A DNA stretch of 64,000 nt, taken from Geosiphon pyriformis uo1 (lineage: Eukaryota > Fungi > Glomeromycota). The notes beneath the pieces were generated by a model. It had not been told where the DNA came from, did no database searches, and worked only from the letters and a program-made list of their open reading frames with translations. The stretch is taken from contig JAAOMT010000379.1 in the NCBI GenBank assembly GCA_016748015.1, positions 71,966 through 135,965 of the forward strand, given 5' to 3'. The position numbers and the translations under genes are program-made. Each line of letters starts with the position of its first letter. Position 1 is the stretch's first letter. Of the stretch, positions 51,486 through 64,000 are shown piece by piece.

Positions 51486-52592
51486 ATTTTTATATTAGCT
51501 GTTTTTAATCTATTTATAACTGACAATATTATCTTATTTTAACAAATGCTGCCCTTTTGGAGATGAGGTTTACCAAAATTGAATCCGAAATAGAGCTGGT
51601 TGAGTCTGTGGATATATTGACCACATGTCTTTTAGAATTACTTTATAGTAACTCTGATTTTTGAATCGAATTTTTCCTTAACAGAACTGAGAAGTATGTT
51701 TTCATTTTGTGTACTGTTCTTAGTGTTTATTAGTTTTTGTTTCCATTTTTAACAATAATTTTACACTTTGTTTTCTAAGAAACTCAAAAAGCACTCCAAT
51801 GACAATAAAAAATAGATCTGATCTTCTTGGATATGTTAAAAATGTACTAGTTGGTTCCACTGTTCACAAAACTTTACCTGGATGATCTCAATGTTTGATA
51901 CACAGCTGTTAAGATAAGCATTAATATTGTTTATATTCTTAAAACCATGATTACAAAGAATGTTTTTCCTGCTAATGTAATCCCTCTTGGTAAGCCACTT
52001 AAACTCAGAAATTCTACAATTACTTTCTTTGAAGAGTATGTTAAAAAAGTTGTTTTGAACAGTAGACTCTATGGTTTTTATGGCTGTGTTGATATGTTAA
52101 AGATTATCATAGACTCATTCAGGTCTTGGAAGGACCAATTTTTAGAGCAGGTTGGCCAGAGGAATATATAATCAAACTAAAGACACGTGGAATTGAACAC
52201 CCACCAAAAAATGAGCAAACAACATGGATAATAACATGCAATTTGCTCACTGGACTGAAGAGATTTCATCAATGCAATTACATTCATTGCAACATTCATT
52301 TATTGAATATTGTTTACAATTCAAATAATTCCAAAGGGTATGAAAATGTTCTTATTGATTTAAGCATAGAGATAGAGCAAACAAAGAATTCGACATCTTA
52401 TTGACAGACTGAGATGATGGCACATCTGATCAGAATAATATATACACAACTCTTTTAGACATTTATCATTTAGGCAAGTTATTAAAAGAGCTTAATACAG
52501 TGTTTTCCAATGATAGACAGAACTTTATAAACAAATTAAAAATTAAGATGCTGGAAGCAAATACAGCACTTAAACATCCATAGATTGCTTAA
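51486..52592 (+). pseudogene. Crinkler-type protein kinase-like pseudogene
   Basis: LLTGLKRFHQCNYIHCNIHLLNIV..VLIDL (degenerate HxDxxxxN and DF motifs), DIYHLGKLL, ALKHP*IA*; the 5' boundary is approximate. Confidence 0.7.
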
Positions 52593-55500
52593 TTTGAGTT
52601 ATAAGTAATATATTTGGTGACTTGATCTTTATTTCTTAATCTATGTATATATAGCTTTAGAATACTACAATATTATTAATAAAAATAAAATAGAGCAAAT
52701 AAAACTTTTCCATATTTCTGATTAATAAGTAATGTGTATAGTCTTATTATATTATTAAAAATTTCTTTGGCAAAAGTGATAAGACTGGCTAAAGTTAGAA
52801 TTGATACAGTATGGATGTTTAAAGAAAGGAATATGCTGGTTCCTAGACTTTTTGTTTAATGAAAATGACAGTTTCTTTCTGTTTATGCATAAATTATGCA
52901 TAAAAACTTTCTTTTACAGTAGAAATTGGTAACCACTTATTTAAATGAATTGTTTGGCATAAAGTAAATAATACTTTACTTTTAAATGTGTATTTCTGGA
53001 ATTTATCTGTTAAAACATTAAGCTCTGCTTATTCTGGTGTATTGACTGTATCAGTGCTGATGCAAATACAAACTGGGTGGAAAAAAAATTTCTTAACATA
53101 CTATCAAATAAAGCTTTAAAAAACTCTCTTCATAATAATTGATTCATATTTTATCTCTTATCCTTTGTCTTTTATCCAAATCATGGAAAACAAAAAAATT
53201 AATAAAAATTGTCTATATGCTTATAATTTAAAATAAATAAATAATATCTATTTAAATATTTCATACAACATTAGCCATACTAATTAGAGTATTTATTATA
53301 TTCATTTCTCAATATGATAAAATATACACTTTTATTCTTTCATTAATTTATTATAAAAGAATATTTTCTCACATCTAACTGAGAAAATACGTTTTCATTT
53401 ATCTTTAATCAGTGTCTTTAAGCATATTTAGCACATTAAAAGTTGCAATTTAACACGGAACCAAATTAAGATATAATTAAGTCGAGTCATTAAAATTATT
53501 TGTGATTCATTATAGGAATGATAAGTGTTTTTATAAACTAATTATGATAAAATAGCTGCGANNNNNNNNNNNNNNNNNNNNNNNNNNNNNNNNNNNNNNN
53601 NNNNNNNNNNNNNNNNNNNNNNNNNNNNNNNNNNNNNNNNNNNNNNNNNNNNNNNNNNNNNNNNNNNNNNNNNNNNNNNNNGATTTTTCTTTAAGTTTGG
53701 CTAGTTGATGATTTTACTTCTATTACATGTAATTGGTTCAAGGTTATCTTGAATATATCATCAAAATGAATATGATATTTCAACTATTAATACGAGAATA
53801 TTGATTGTTTAAATAGTCAATTAACATTATAAAAAAGATTTTATACTTTTCTACCTACTTCCTTGAATATTTTTGTTCAATTAAATAGAGATTCGACTTT
53901 TTAATTGATTAGAAAGCCAAAAACCCAATCTCTTATTTCGGATTAGGTTTAATTATTTTGCTTTTAAATATTTAACAATAAAAAAACTTTTCACTCCAGA
54001 AAATTATTTGGTTACAAAATCATCACTAAGAAATAAAAAATTTATTAAACCGCTCAAGATTCTTTTAAATGGCTCTAAATTTAAGTATTATAAAAATAAA
54101 AATCAATCTGAAATAAAATTTTTAAAATTTAGGAGAGAATTTTTGTAGCTAAATGAATTACAAAATTTTGTTTAACATTTAAAAATATAATATTATAGAT
54201 TTTTTAAGCTAATAAATTAAGGACTTCTGTTTTATTATATCTTTAAAAGTTAAAAATTTAGGGAGATTTTAATAGTAAATAGCCATAGCTAGGATGGTAT
54301 GATTGATTTTGTTGGGAAAAATAATATTCCATTTTTTTATTAATTAAAACATAAATGATCATATTGTCATACCATTTCCTTTTACTTCGTGACAAACATG
54401 CATCATTGTTAGAAAGTTGTAGAACTCTTTATTATCCAAATTTTAACTGTTGTACTATTTTATCGTTTTTTTCTTTCTGAGCTACTTTTTGACAAAAGTT
54501 TTTGGGTGTATTTATAATATAGATTATTTAATAATATAAATATGTATTTTTTTACAGTTATTGAAAATAAAATTTTGGAGGAATTTAGCTTTTTTCATCT
54601 TAAGAATTTTCACAATTAAAAAATGTCTTATTTTAATGTGGAATTTGATAAGAGTAATCTGGTGACATCAATATTTTAATTCTGATTACTAATAAGGAAT
54701 AAAAATTTATTAATTAATATGAAGGGAAGAACAATTTATTCTGTTTATGCCTTAAAATATTTTACAAAAGCAAGAGTTTCTAAGAATTTTCGAATTACAT
54801 AAAAGTAAAAGCTTATTGAAACGAGTTAAATATGATATTGTATGTAGCTTGAGAGTGTTTAGCATAATAAATTAGAGAGCAAGTAGTTAGGTGTGAACGT
54901 TTATGAAAGTTTTTCAAGTTCAACTAGCCTCCATATATCAATTACTAATAAAAAAAAAGGTTATGCTTGTTTGTTTAGTATTGCTATGTTTCAGAATTGG
55001 ATGACATTTGAATTACAGATATCTACTTTTTTTATTTTCAATAACCTTTAAATTTAGACCTTTCTTAATTGAATCTTAATTAATAAATTTAAGCTTTTTT
55101 CCTAGTAAAAAATAACTTTTTAAGACAAAATTTATTATTAAGCCTAAATATATTTTACTTGGTAATCATTTATTTTCATCATAATTTCTTGATACTTTTT
55201 TGTTTTAAATTAAAATTTTGCAGACTTTTTAAAATATCATAAATTCATCAAGTTTATTTTTCAAGTAGATGCTTTTGTTTCATATTGTAACAAATATATT
55301 TCTAATTTTTCTTTTTTTCTTAATATTATGATTGCACCTTCAAAGTAAGGCTCGGAAAAATACTTTTGTCAAAGTTTTTTTTAACTTTTCCATTCTTATG
55401 GGCATTTTTATTTTTGTCAAGAATAAAATAAATATATAAGGCGCATAAAATACTAATCAAACTGCTTCTAATTAAAAAATTTCTGAATTTGAATATTGAT

Positions 55501-57526
55501 TACAAATTTCCAACAAAAAAATTATCAACATAGCTCATTATTATTCTTAGTTGAATTAAGAAGGAATTCTTTCCATCTAAACTATTCCCCAAAGTATTGT
55601 TATATNNNNNNNNNNNNNNNNNNNNNNNNNNNNNNNNNNNNNNNNNNNNNNNNNNNNNNNNNNNNNNNNNNNNNNNNNNNNNNNNNNNNNNNNNNNNNNN
55701 NNNNNNNNNNNNNNNNNNNNNNNNNNNNNNNNNNNNNNNNNNNNNNNNNNNNNNNNNNNNNNNNNNNNNNNNNNNNNNNNNNNNNNNNNNNNNNNNNNNN
55801 NNNNNNNNNNNNNNNNNNNNNNNNNNNNNNNNNNNNNNNNNNNNNNNNNNNNNNNNNNNNNNNNNNNNNNNNNNNNNNNNNNNNNNNNNNNNNNNNNNNN
55901 NNNNNNNNNNNNNNNNNNNNNNNNNNNNNNNNNNNNNNNNNNNNNNNNNNNNNNNNNNNNNNNNNNNNNNNNNNNNNNNNNNNNNNNNNNNNNNNNNNNN
56001 NNNNNNNNNNNNNNNNNNNNNNNNNNNNNNNNNNNNNNNNNNNNNNNNNNNNNNNNNNNNNNNNNNNNNNNNNNNNNNNNNNNNNNNNNNNNNNNNNNNN
56101 NNNNNNNNNNNNNNNNNNNNNNNNNNNNNNNNNNNNNNNNNNNNNNNNNNNNNNNNNNNNNNNNNNNNNNNNNNNNNNNNNNNNNNNNNNNNNNNNNNNN
56201 NNNNNNNNNNNNNNNNNNNNNNNNNNNNNNNNNNNNNNNNNNNNNNNNNNNNNNNNNNNNNNNNNNNNNNNNNNNNNNNNNNNNNNNNNNNNNNNNNNNN
56301 NNNNNNNNNNNNNNNNNNNNNNNNNNNNNNNNNNNNNNNNNNNNNNNNNNNNNNNNNNNNNNNNNNNNNNNNNNNNNNNNNNNNNNNNNNNNNNNNNNNN
56401 NNNNNNNNNNNNNNNNNNNNNNNNNNNNNNNNNNNNNNNNNNNNNNNNNNNNNNNNNNNNNNNNNNNNNNNNNNNNNNNNNNNNNNNNNNNNNNNNNNNN
56501 NNNNNNNNNNNNNNNNNNNNNGAAATTAACAAATAAATTTTCAAGATAAAGCTTCTTTATTAATTTGAGCAAGTTTTTAACAACTTTTTTACAACCGTTT
56601 ATTATTATAGATATTTCATTATAAACGGCTATTTAATAAAATTTAATGTTATTTCTTTTTGATTCATTGGTAAGTTTTATTATAAGTTTTATTTTAAGTT
56701 GTTTTCGCTTTGTGATTTAATTAATATTTATTTTTTTCAACTATTTAAATTCTATTACCAATCCTTTTAAATCCAAGTTTTATTTAATTCAAAAAGCTAA
56801 AAAATTATTATTATGTTTTATAAACTAAAATTATCCCAAAGAACATTTACAATCGAATATTTTTTTACTAGCCAATTTTAGTGTGCGCATTTTTCACATT
56901 TTTGTATTTGACTACACATATATATTAAGTTTATTATTAATACTTTAATTCCATATCAAATTTTTGATTTTCCAATTTAAATTTCTAATTCAAATATAAT
57001 ATATATTTATAAATTAATTGTTTTTTTTTGTTTTTCTTAGAATAAAACAAATGACCTATAAAATTTTTATTTTTTTGGATTGAAATCAATCTGATGTTAA
57101 TGAAAAACTTTTGCATTCAATTAAGACAGATAAGCCTTTTTTTTGAAAAATTTAAAAGTTGTGTTTTGTTTAATTAATAGCATTAAAATAATAAATCTTA
57201 ATCTATTTGTAAACATTATACTTTCGGTTTTTGTTATTTAAATTACATATATAAGTAAACCAAATTTTTTCAAAGCATATCTCAATTCAATAAAAAATAG
57301 CAGATCATATATTTTCTAATCATCAAAGTGGCTTATTGAAAAGAAAAAAAAATAGAATAGCCATAGCAAATAGAAAGTCAATATTTAAAAATATTAGATA
57401 AGCAACATTCATGAATAGAAAACGAGAAAAAAGGGTTAGAAGAGCAATTAATGACAATATTATAAAATAAATTGATTATTACTTAGTGAGAAACTGACTG
57501 GTAAAAAATTACAAAATAAATGACAT

Positions 57527-59650
57527 TTATTCTAACTCAGGCACCCTTAACACATCACGAACCTTTGTTTCTTTAGTTCTAAGTACAGATTTATTAATTT
57601 TTTCTATTAACGCCTCCTGCTTTATCATTTCATCCTACAGAAAAGATACCACCATATAAATTACCAGAAATAAAAGTATGATCAGATACCTAATCTAAAC
57701 ACATACATAAAAGATAGCCATCATCCTGAGGACAGCTTTATATTGGCTCCGGGCATTAAAACTGAAAGGTATTGTGGCTCTAGCAAGCTCTGTTACAAGA
57801 AAATGTCCATCAGGAAGCATGCTGAGAGCATAAAGGGTAAGTTGATTGTCTAAAGTGATGGAAATGGAATATTAAAAAATACAACCTCTTAACCTAAACC
57901 ATATACCATGCACTTACTTATTGACTGGGTGCTAAAAACCCTAATCTTTACTGCAAGTTTTACTTCACAATCGAGATAATCCCATAATATTACAATTAAA
58001 TTCAGAATATTAATTCGGAGTGTTTTCTTTAAGTTATTTAAGGTGTGCTTCTCACTTGGATTATAAGAAGGGCCTACAACTTCCATGTGCCAAATATCTA
58101 ATCCATCATAAAATCTTGTTGCCTTAATATCCATTTACACAATTCCAGAATTGGTTGATGACTTCATTATTTTTGCAGTGTGAGCTTGTAATTTGATACA
58201 ATCAAATTCAAGGTTAAGAAAAGTTCTTTCATAATATTTAAATAAAAAAGATACTTGATATACTATGTGTTTTTGTTCCCCTATTTTTCTGCTCATTATA
58301 GAATTGACATCTATAAGATGGTAACTAAATGAAAGCAATTATTGGTATCTTCTTTGATATTAATATACAAATAGATATTAATGTTTACATACAAGTCAAT
58401 GAGAACTTTTTCACAATAAAGTCTAAAACGCTGATCTTCATTCCCTAACAATTTAGCTTAGACTTTAGTTTGGTAATTATCCATTGTTTCTTCGAAGATA
58501 GTGTTAAGATACTTCTCCAAAACAGATGTTTATACAGCAGAATTAATATCATGCATAGAAAATACCTTCACAGCAAGTTTCTCTCCAATTTTTAATAACA
58601 ACTCCTCAATTGTCTCTCCAGATGTACATACTATAGAGATGTTTTGAATAAATTTATCATAATAAGAGAGCAAAGTTAAGAATCTTTTATTGTAAAGTGA
58701 TATGTAGTACAGAGGGTGTCCAAAAGTTTCCGAACAAACTTTGGAGTAACATTCCACATGCTTGAATAATTAGAAAAGCACGAGTTTATTACTAAATTAA
58801 GTTAGTTAATTATTTAATTACGCGTTTTTTATTTTTTAAACACGCGTGTATAATGTTTTTTCGCGACGCGCATAATCGATTTTATTCATACTCGTTTTTT
58901 ATAAAAATGAAATGTAACGCGCATATAAGATTTTTTCGTCGTTTTTATTAAAACGAAATGGGAGCAAAAAAAGAATTAATGATTGCTCAACGTAATACTA
59001 TATGTTTATTACAACAGCATGGCAAGAAATATCGTGATATTGCCAACATAGTCAATTGCAGCTTGACAACAGTTTCGGATACAATAAAACGATTTAAAGA
59101 AACTGGTTCAATTGATTCAAGACCTTGTTCAGGACGTCCACGTTAATTTACTCACCAAAAATATCGCCGACTTAAACGTTTAGTAACACTTAATGGAAAA
59201 ATTTAGAAAATTACTATAAAATTATAAATATGTTGTTTATTTTGTTTTATTTTATAAAAAAATAAATATTATTGTTAAATAAAATCTTGTTCGGAAACTT
59301 TTGGACACCCTCTGTAGATAGAAAAACGGGACTTACTGCTGAAGTTTTTCTTTCTCATATGGTTGCTTATTGGGAGTTATTTTCAATGGCATTAAATCTA
59401 TGAAAGTTTAAGGTGGAGTTGTGGGTGCAGGTAAAAAAATAGGCAAACCAGATCCTAATTGCAAATAGGCTTAGAAGATATTAGTTTTAGCATTAAGGCA
59501 TATCACATTCTGCAGATAATATGTGAGTATTTCATTTAAAATGAGTGTGTATACATGCATACTAATCTATCTTAGTAGTCTTGTAAATGTTAACTGATAG
59601 CTTACATACTTTTTTTGTTTCGAAGAATATGGCCCATGTTTCTGCTATTG
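57527..59650 (-). pseudogene. Multi-exon REase-fold-like gene disrupted by Tc1 insertion and stops
   Basis: GIV*MDIKATR..IWHMEVVGP..KKTLR..VFSTQSI|NQLTLYALSML..LVTELARATIPF; GT-AG introns; the 5' boundary is approximate. Confidence 0.55.
58710..59314 (+). mobile_element. Non-autonomous Tc1/mariner element (605 bp)
   Basis: Perfect 28-bp TIRs (cagagggtgtccaaaagtttccgaacaa), TA duplication on both sides, and a truncated transposase HTH at 58958-59146 (YRDIANIVNCSLTTVSDTIKRFKETGS..SGRPR). Confidence 0.97.
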
Positions 59651-59691
59651 CTACTTCTGTATTAAACTATAATTATTTGAGTTTTTGTATA

Positions 59692-62040
59692 AGTTTTGGG
59701 TTTTATGTATTAATCAAAAATTGCAATAATACTGTACCTTTAACAACATAAGGTAACTGTTACAAAATATTTTTACTGGATTAGATGTAATCACAAGTTG
59801 ATTTAGTTAAATCTTGAGAATATAATATTAACTTAATAAGTAGTAAGTAATATAATACAAAAAAATACAAATTGAAAAATTAAATCTGAATTTAATTGGA
59901 CCATATAATACCAACTATTATTAATTTTTATCAGTTTGCTGTTTAAAAACCACACAAATCTTGGTGGCTTACTTTTACAAGTAGAAAGTTTACTATTTGA
60001 GAATAAGTGAGATCTTTTTATTTGTACTTTTGTTGACTGATTACTTGAGGATAAACCAGTAAACAGGATTGTGTTGAAAAAGTTATTGTCTAAAAACAAG
60101 CATGACATTTTTTTTTTACACTTTCAAGAAATATTCACTGTTTAAAAACCACATAAACAATAAGAATAAAAAAAATTGCCACCAGTTTGCTGTCTAAAAA
60201 CTACACAAAACTTAATAACTTACTATTACAAATAGAAAGTTTACTACTTGAAAATAAGTGAAGTTTTTCCACTTGTACTTTTGCCGACTGATCATTTGAA
60301 GATAAACTAATAAACAAGACTGTATTGAAAAGCTTACTGTTTGAAAACAAGTATAATATTTTTTTTTTACACTTTTAGGCATTATTTACTGTTTAAAGAT
60401 CACATAAATAATATTAATAGAGAAAAATTTGTCACTAATTTGTTGTCTAAAAACTACACAAAACTTGGTAACTTACTTTTATAAGTAGAAAGTTTACCAT
60501 CTAAGGGTAAATAAAGTCTTTTTACTTGTATTTCTGCCAACTAATTACTTAAAGATAAATTAGTAAACAGGATTGTATTAAAAAAGTTATTGTTTAAGGA
60601 CAAGTATAACATCTTTTTTTTATACTTCCAAGTATTATTTACTGTTTGAAAACTACATTAACAATATAGATAAAAAAAAATTATTGTTTAAAAATTACAC
60701 AAAACTTAGTAGCTTATTTTTATAAGTAAAAAGCTCACTATCTAAGAGTAAGTAAAATTTTTTATTTGCATTTCTGCCAACTAATTACCTAAGAATAAAC
60801 CAGTAAACAAAATTGTATTAAAAAAATTATTGTCTGAAAACAAACATAAGATTTTTTTTTACACTTTTAAGTATTATTTACTATTTAAAAACTGCATAAA
60901 TAATATAGGTAAAGAAAAAATTATTAATAATTTACTGTTTGAAGACTACACAAAACTTGGTGGCTTATCTTTACAAATAGAAAGTTCACTACTTGAGAGT
61001 AAATAAAATTTTTTCACTTGTATTTCTGCCAACTGATCACTTAAATGTAAATCAGTAAACAAGATTGTGTTGAAAAGATCACTATTTAAGAATAAGCATG
61101 ACATTTTTTTTCACATTTCTAGATATTATTTACTATTTAAAGATTATATGAACAATATAAATAAAGAAAAAATTGCCATTAGTTTGCTGTTTAAGAATTA
61201 CACAAAACTTGGCAGCTTATTTTTACAAATAGAAAGTTTATCATTTAAGAGTAAATAAAGTCTTTCTATTTACATTTCTGCCAATTAATCACTTGAAATA
61301 AACTAGTAAACAGCATTGTATTGAAAAGATTACTGTCTAAAAACAAATATAACATTTCTTCTTTATACTTTTAGACATTATTTATTGTCTGAAAACTATA
61401 TAGACAATGTGAGTAAAAAAAAATTGCCACTAGTTTATTGTATAAAGACTATATAAATCTTAGTAATTTATCTTTACAAGTAAAAAGTTTACCATCTAAG
61501 AATAAATAAAATTTTTTTATTTGCATTTTTGTTAACTAATTACTTGAAAATAAACCAGTAAACAAGATTGTATTGAAAAGATTATTATCTAAAAACAAGC
61601 ATAATATCTTTTTTTCATATTTCCAGATATTATCTATTATTTAAAAATTGTATGAACAATATGAATAAAACAAAAATAGAAAAAAACTTATTACCAGTTT
61701 GTTGTTTAAAAACTACACAAAACTTGGCAGCTTTATTTTACAAGTAGAAAGTTTATTACTTGAGAGTAAGTGAGATTTTTTTACTTGTATTTTTGTCAAC
61801 TAATTACCTAAAAATAAACCAGTAAACAGGATTGTGTTGAAAAAATCATTGTTTAAAGACAAGCATAATATTTTTTTTTACACTTTTAAACATTATCTAT
61901 CATTTGAAAACTGTATAAATAATATGAGTAAAATAAAAATAAAAAAAAACTCACTGCTAGTTTGCTATCTAAGAATTACATAAAGTTTGATGACTTATTT
62001 TTACAAATAAAAAGTTCACTATTTGAGAGTAAATAAAATT
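59692..62040 (-). repeat. Tandem array copy 2: end module plus ~8.4 units of ~250 bp
   Basis: Inverted relative to copy 1; anchor aaactacacaaaactt at ~59947, 60197, 60450, 60691, 60943, 61196, 61448, 61710 and 61973. Confidence 0.9.
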
Positions 62041-62249
62041 TTTAAGCAGTTCTATTACTTAGTTTTTGCTATTTTACAACTTATAGTTAATTATTATATA
62101 TAGTTTAGTTTTGTTTTAATTAATATTTACTATAAGTAGAATGTTTTAATTAGAAAAAATTTAAAAACTAAATTGCTTAAAAACTTTTTTAATAAAGCTT
62201 TATATTATCTATTACTGTATTATTTAAAATTTTTTAAATAGTTGTAGAC

Positions 62250-64000
62250 TGAAAATAAAGTGACTTTAATTATTCTGTTTGCTAATTTTAAAGGTATTTT
62301 TAGTCATTTTATTGATCATTATTTTTTGGATTTACAGACTTTAGATTGAACTTTAGCCAATTTTTTGCAGTATTCTGTTAAGTTAAGAATCAGTTTTGTG
62401 AATGATTTTTTTTCTAAGATGGTAAAAGTTTTTTTGAATAATAAAATTTTATTGACAAACAACTTGTCATGGATGTTTTATAGTCTAAACAGATTTTTAA
62501 TGTCTAATATCTTGGATAAAGTGGCTTACTATAAGATAATAGTTTTTTGAAATAATTTAGAGTCATTTTTGACAACAGATTTTTGGACAAACATGGTGTT
62601 TTAATGTTTGAAAAAATGTTTTATTAATATAAAAGGCTGAATTTGAAAAGTCTTTTTCTATTTTAATTTGTTGTTGTAGTTAATTTTTTGGGTAAATTAG
62701 AATTTATTGTTGAAAGCAAAATAGATATGTTGGGTTCAATGTTTTATAATATTTTGGATTTGGATAATTTTGGTTTAATTAAAAATTTTTTGCATATAGT
62801 TTAAGTTAATGTTTTTGATATATATACAGATAGCTCACTTAAACATTTAGGATCATTGAAAATAGTTGGAGGAACAGCTATATACTTCTCAAAGTTAGAT
62901 ATAAGCATAAATATTAAAGTTTCTAAAATGTTATTCTTTATTATGACTAAGCTATAGACTTTTGTTTTGGCTTTAGAATATGTGTTTTCTTCTAATATAG
63001 TGATTATAAATCTAGATAGTTAAGTAACTATTAATGTATGTACTTTAAAACTTGGTACTTTTAAACCTAATTTTTGTAACTAGTATTGGATAAAAAAACA
63101 AGAATTTAAATATAGTCTGATTAAAGATCAAAAATTATTTAGGGATTTTTAAGAATGATTAAACTAATAAGCTAACAAAGACTGTTATCTGCTTCTTTTT
63201 GTTTTTTCTTGTTGGAATTTAGAATGTTTCTTGGTGGTTAATAATATAGTTGTATCTGACAATATATATTATTTTGTTTGGAATATTTATAGGGCAATTT
63301 TTATTGTATATTAAGAAATAAATCTTAATGTCAAGATTATTATTGACTTTTTTGTTTATAATGTTGATTAAGTTAAAACCACTTTGGTTTGGTATTTTAA
63401 TTCTTATATTTTTGCTGGTTTTATTAATAAAACTACAGTCTACTTTAGAATTTATATAATAAAAGCTATTTATAAAAAACTTTCAATTATTATTCATAAG
63501 AAGTTATATGACAAATTATATTTAGATGTTTTTTGTTTATTTTATGAGGATGTTGAATTTTTGGATTCATTTATTTACATGTTTAAAAATTACAAACTAA
63601 TAGAGAAATTTGATATTAAATTATATTAAATTTTTGTTATCTTTAGCTAACAGAAAAATGTTTAAGTTTTTTTTTGTGTTATGGTCTTTTTTTTTGTCTT
63701 TTTAATATTAAATTATACATAGTGCTTTTCAAAAACTTTGTTATAAAAATTGGTTTAAAGATGCTTTAGTAATATATATTAATAATATAGTGTCTACAGT
63801 ATTCAATAGATTATATATGAGATTGTTAAATAAAGTAGTTTATATACTAAGTATTATTAAATTGATAGTAGTAAATTTTAGCAAATGTTTGCTTTGTGTT
63901 TTTTTTTTAGTATTAATAATAATTTAATTGTACATATAAGTATTTAATGTTGTTTAAATTGGCTCAAATAACTGGTTACATATAATAAATGCATGAGTTG
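62250..64000 (+). mobile_element. Highly decayed LINE 3' portion (RNase H region to 3' UTR)
   Basis: Collinear with 32050-33900: LQYSVKLRISFVNDFFSKMVKVFL, IYTDSSL (RNase H), HKKLYDKLY; 3' UTR-like ggctcaaataactggttacatata at 63961. Confidence 0.8.

Noticed and set aside
4783-56572. Long ORFs made mostly of X
   Set aside because: Artefacts of N-gaps (4907-5413, 12513-13098, 14178-14903, 37244-37727, 55606-56521).
50442-61258. ORFs inside the tandem arrays (50442-50702, 59833-60108, 61067-61258) and antisense ORFs over LINE/Gypsy
   Set aside because: Frames are not maintained between repeat units, or they are shadows of the opposite-strand element.
50318-62040. Repeat-spacer arrays as CRISPR
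   Set aside because: The motif is only ~12 bp and degenerate, the spacers recur in every 250-bp unit, there are no cas genes, and the context is eukaryotic.

Overview
AT-rich eukaryotic scaffold with six N-gaps, dominated by decayed mobile DNA; no clearly intact gene was found. The gene families (BTB-BACK-TLDc, Crinkler-type kinase and REase genes, short GT-AG introns) point by inference to a Glomeromycota-like fungus. Main contents: (i) an RNase H-containing LINE split by a 9.1-kb Ty3/Gypsy element carrying a dUTPase and an unexplained Cys-rich domain between protease and RT, plus a more decayed second copy of that Gypsy; (ii) Tc1/mariner remnants, one with perfect TIRs; (iii) two inverted copies of a ~250-bp higher-order tandem array with a shared end module; (iv) most interesting, a set of intron-less virus-like pseudogenes: an A32/FtsK-type packaging ATPase, an NCLDV-type Vsr-like nuclease, a tyrosine recombinase and two copies of a TET/JBP-type 2OG-Fe(II) dioxygenase. 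These may be remnants of an endogenous Polinton-like or NCLDV-related element encoding a DNA-base oxidase, although no capsid or DNA polymerase is visible. Almost all repeats show strong directional C:G->T:A mutation, and several catalytic motifs are recognisable only after reversing those transitions.
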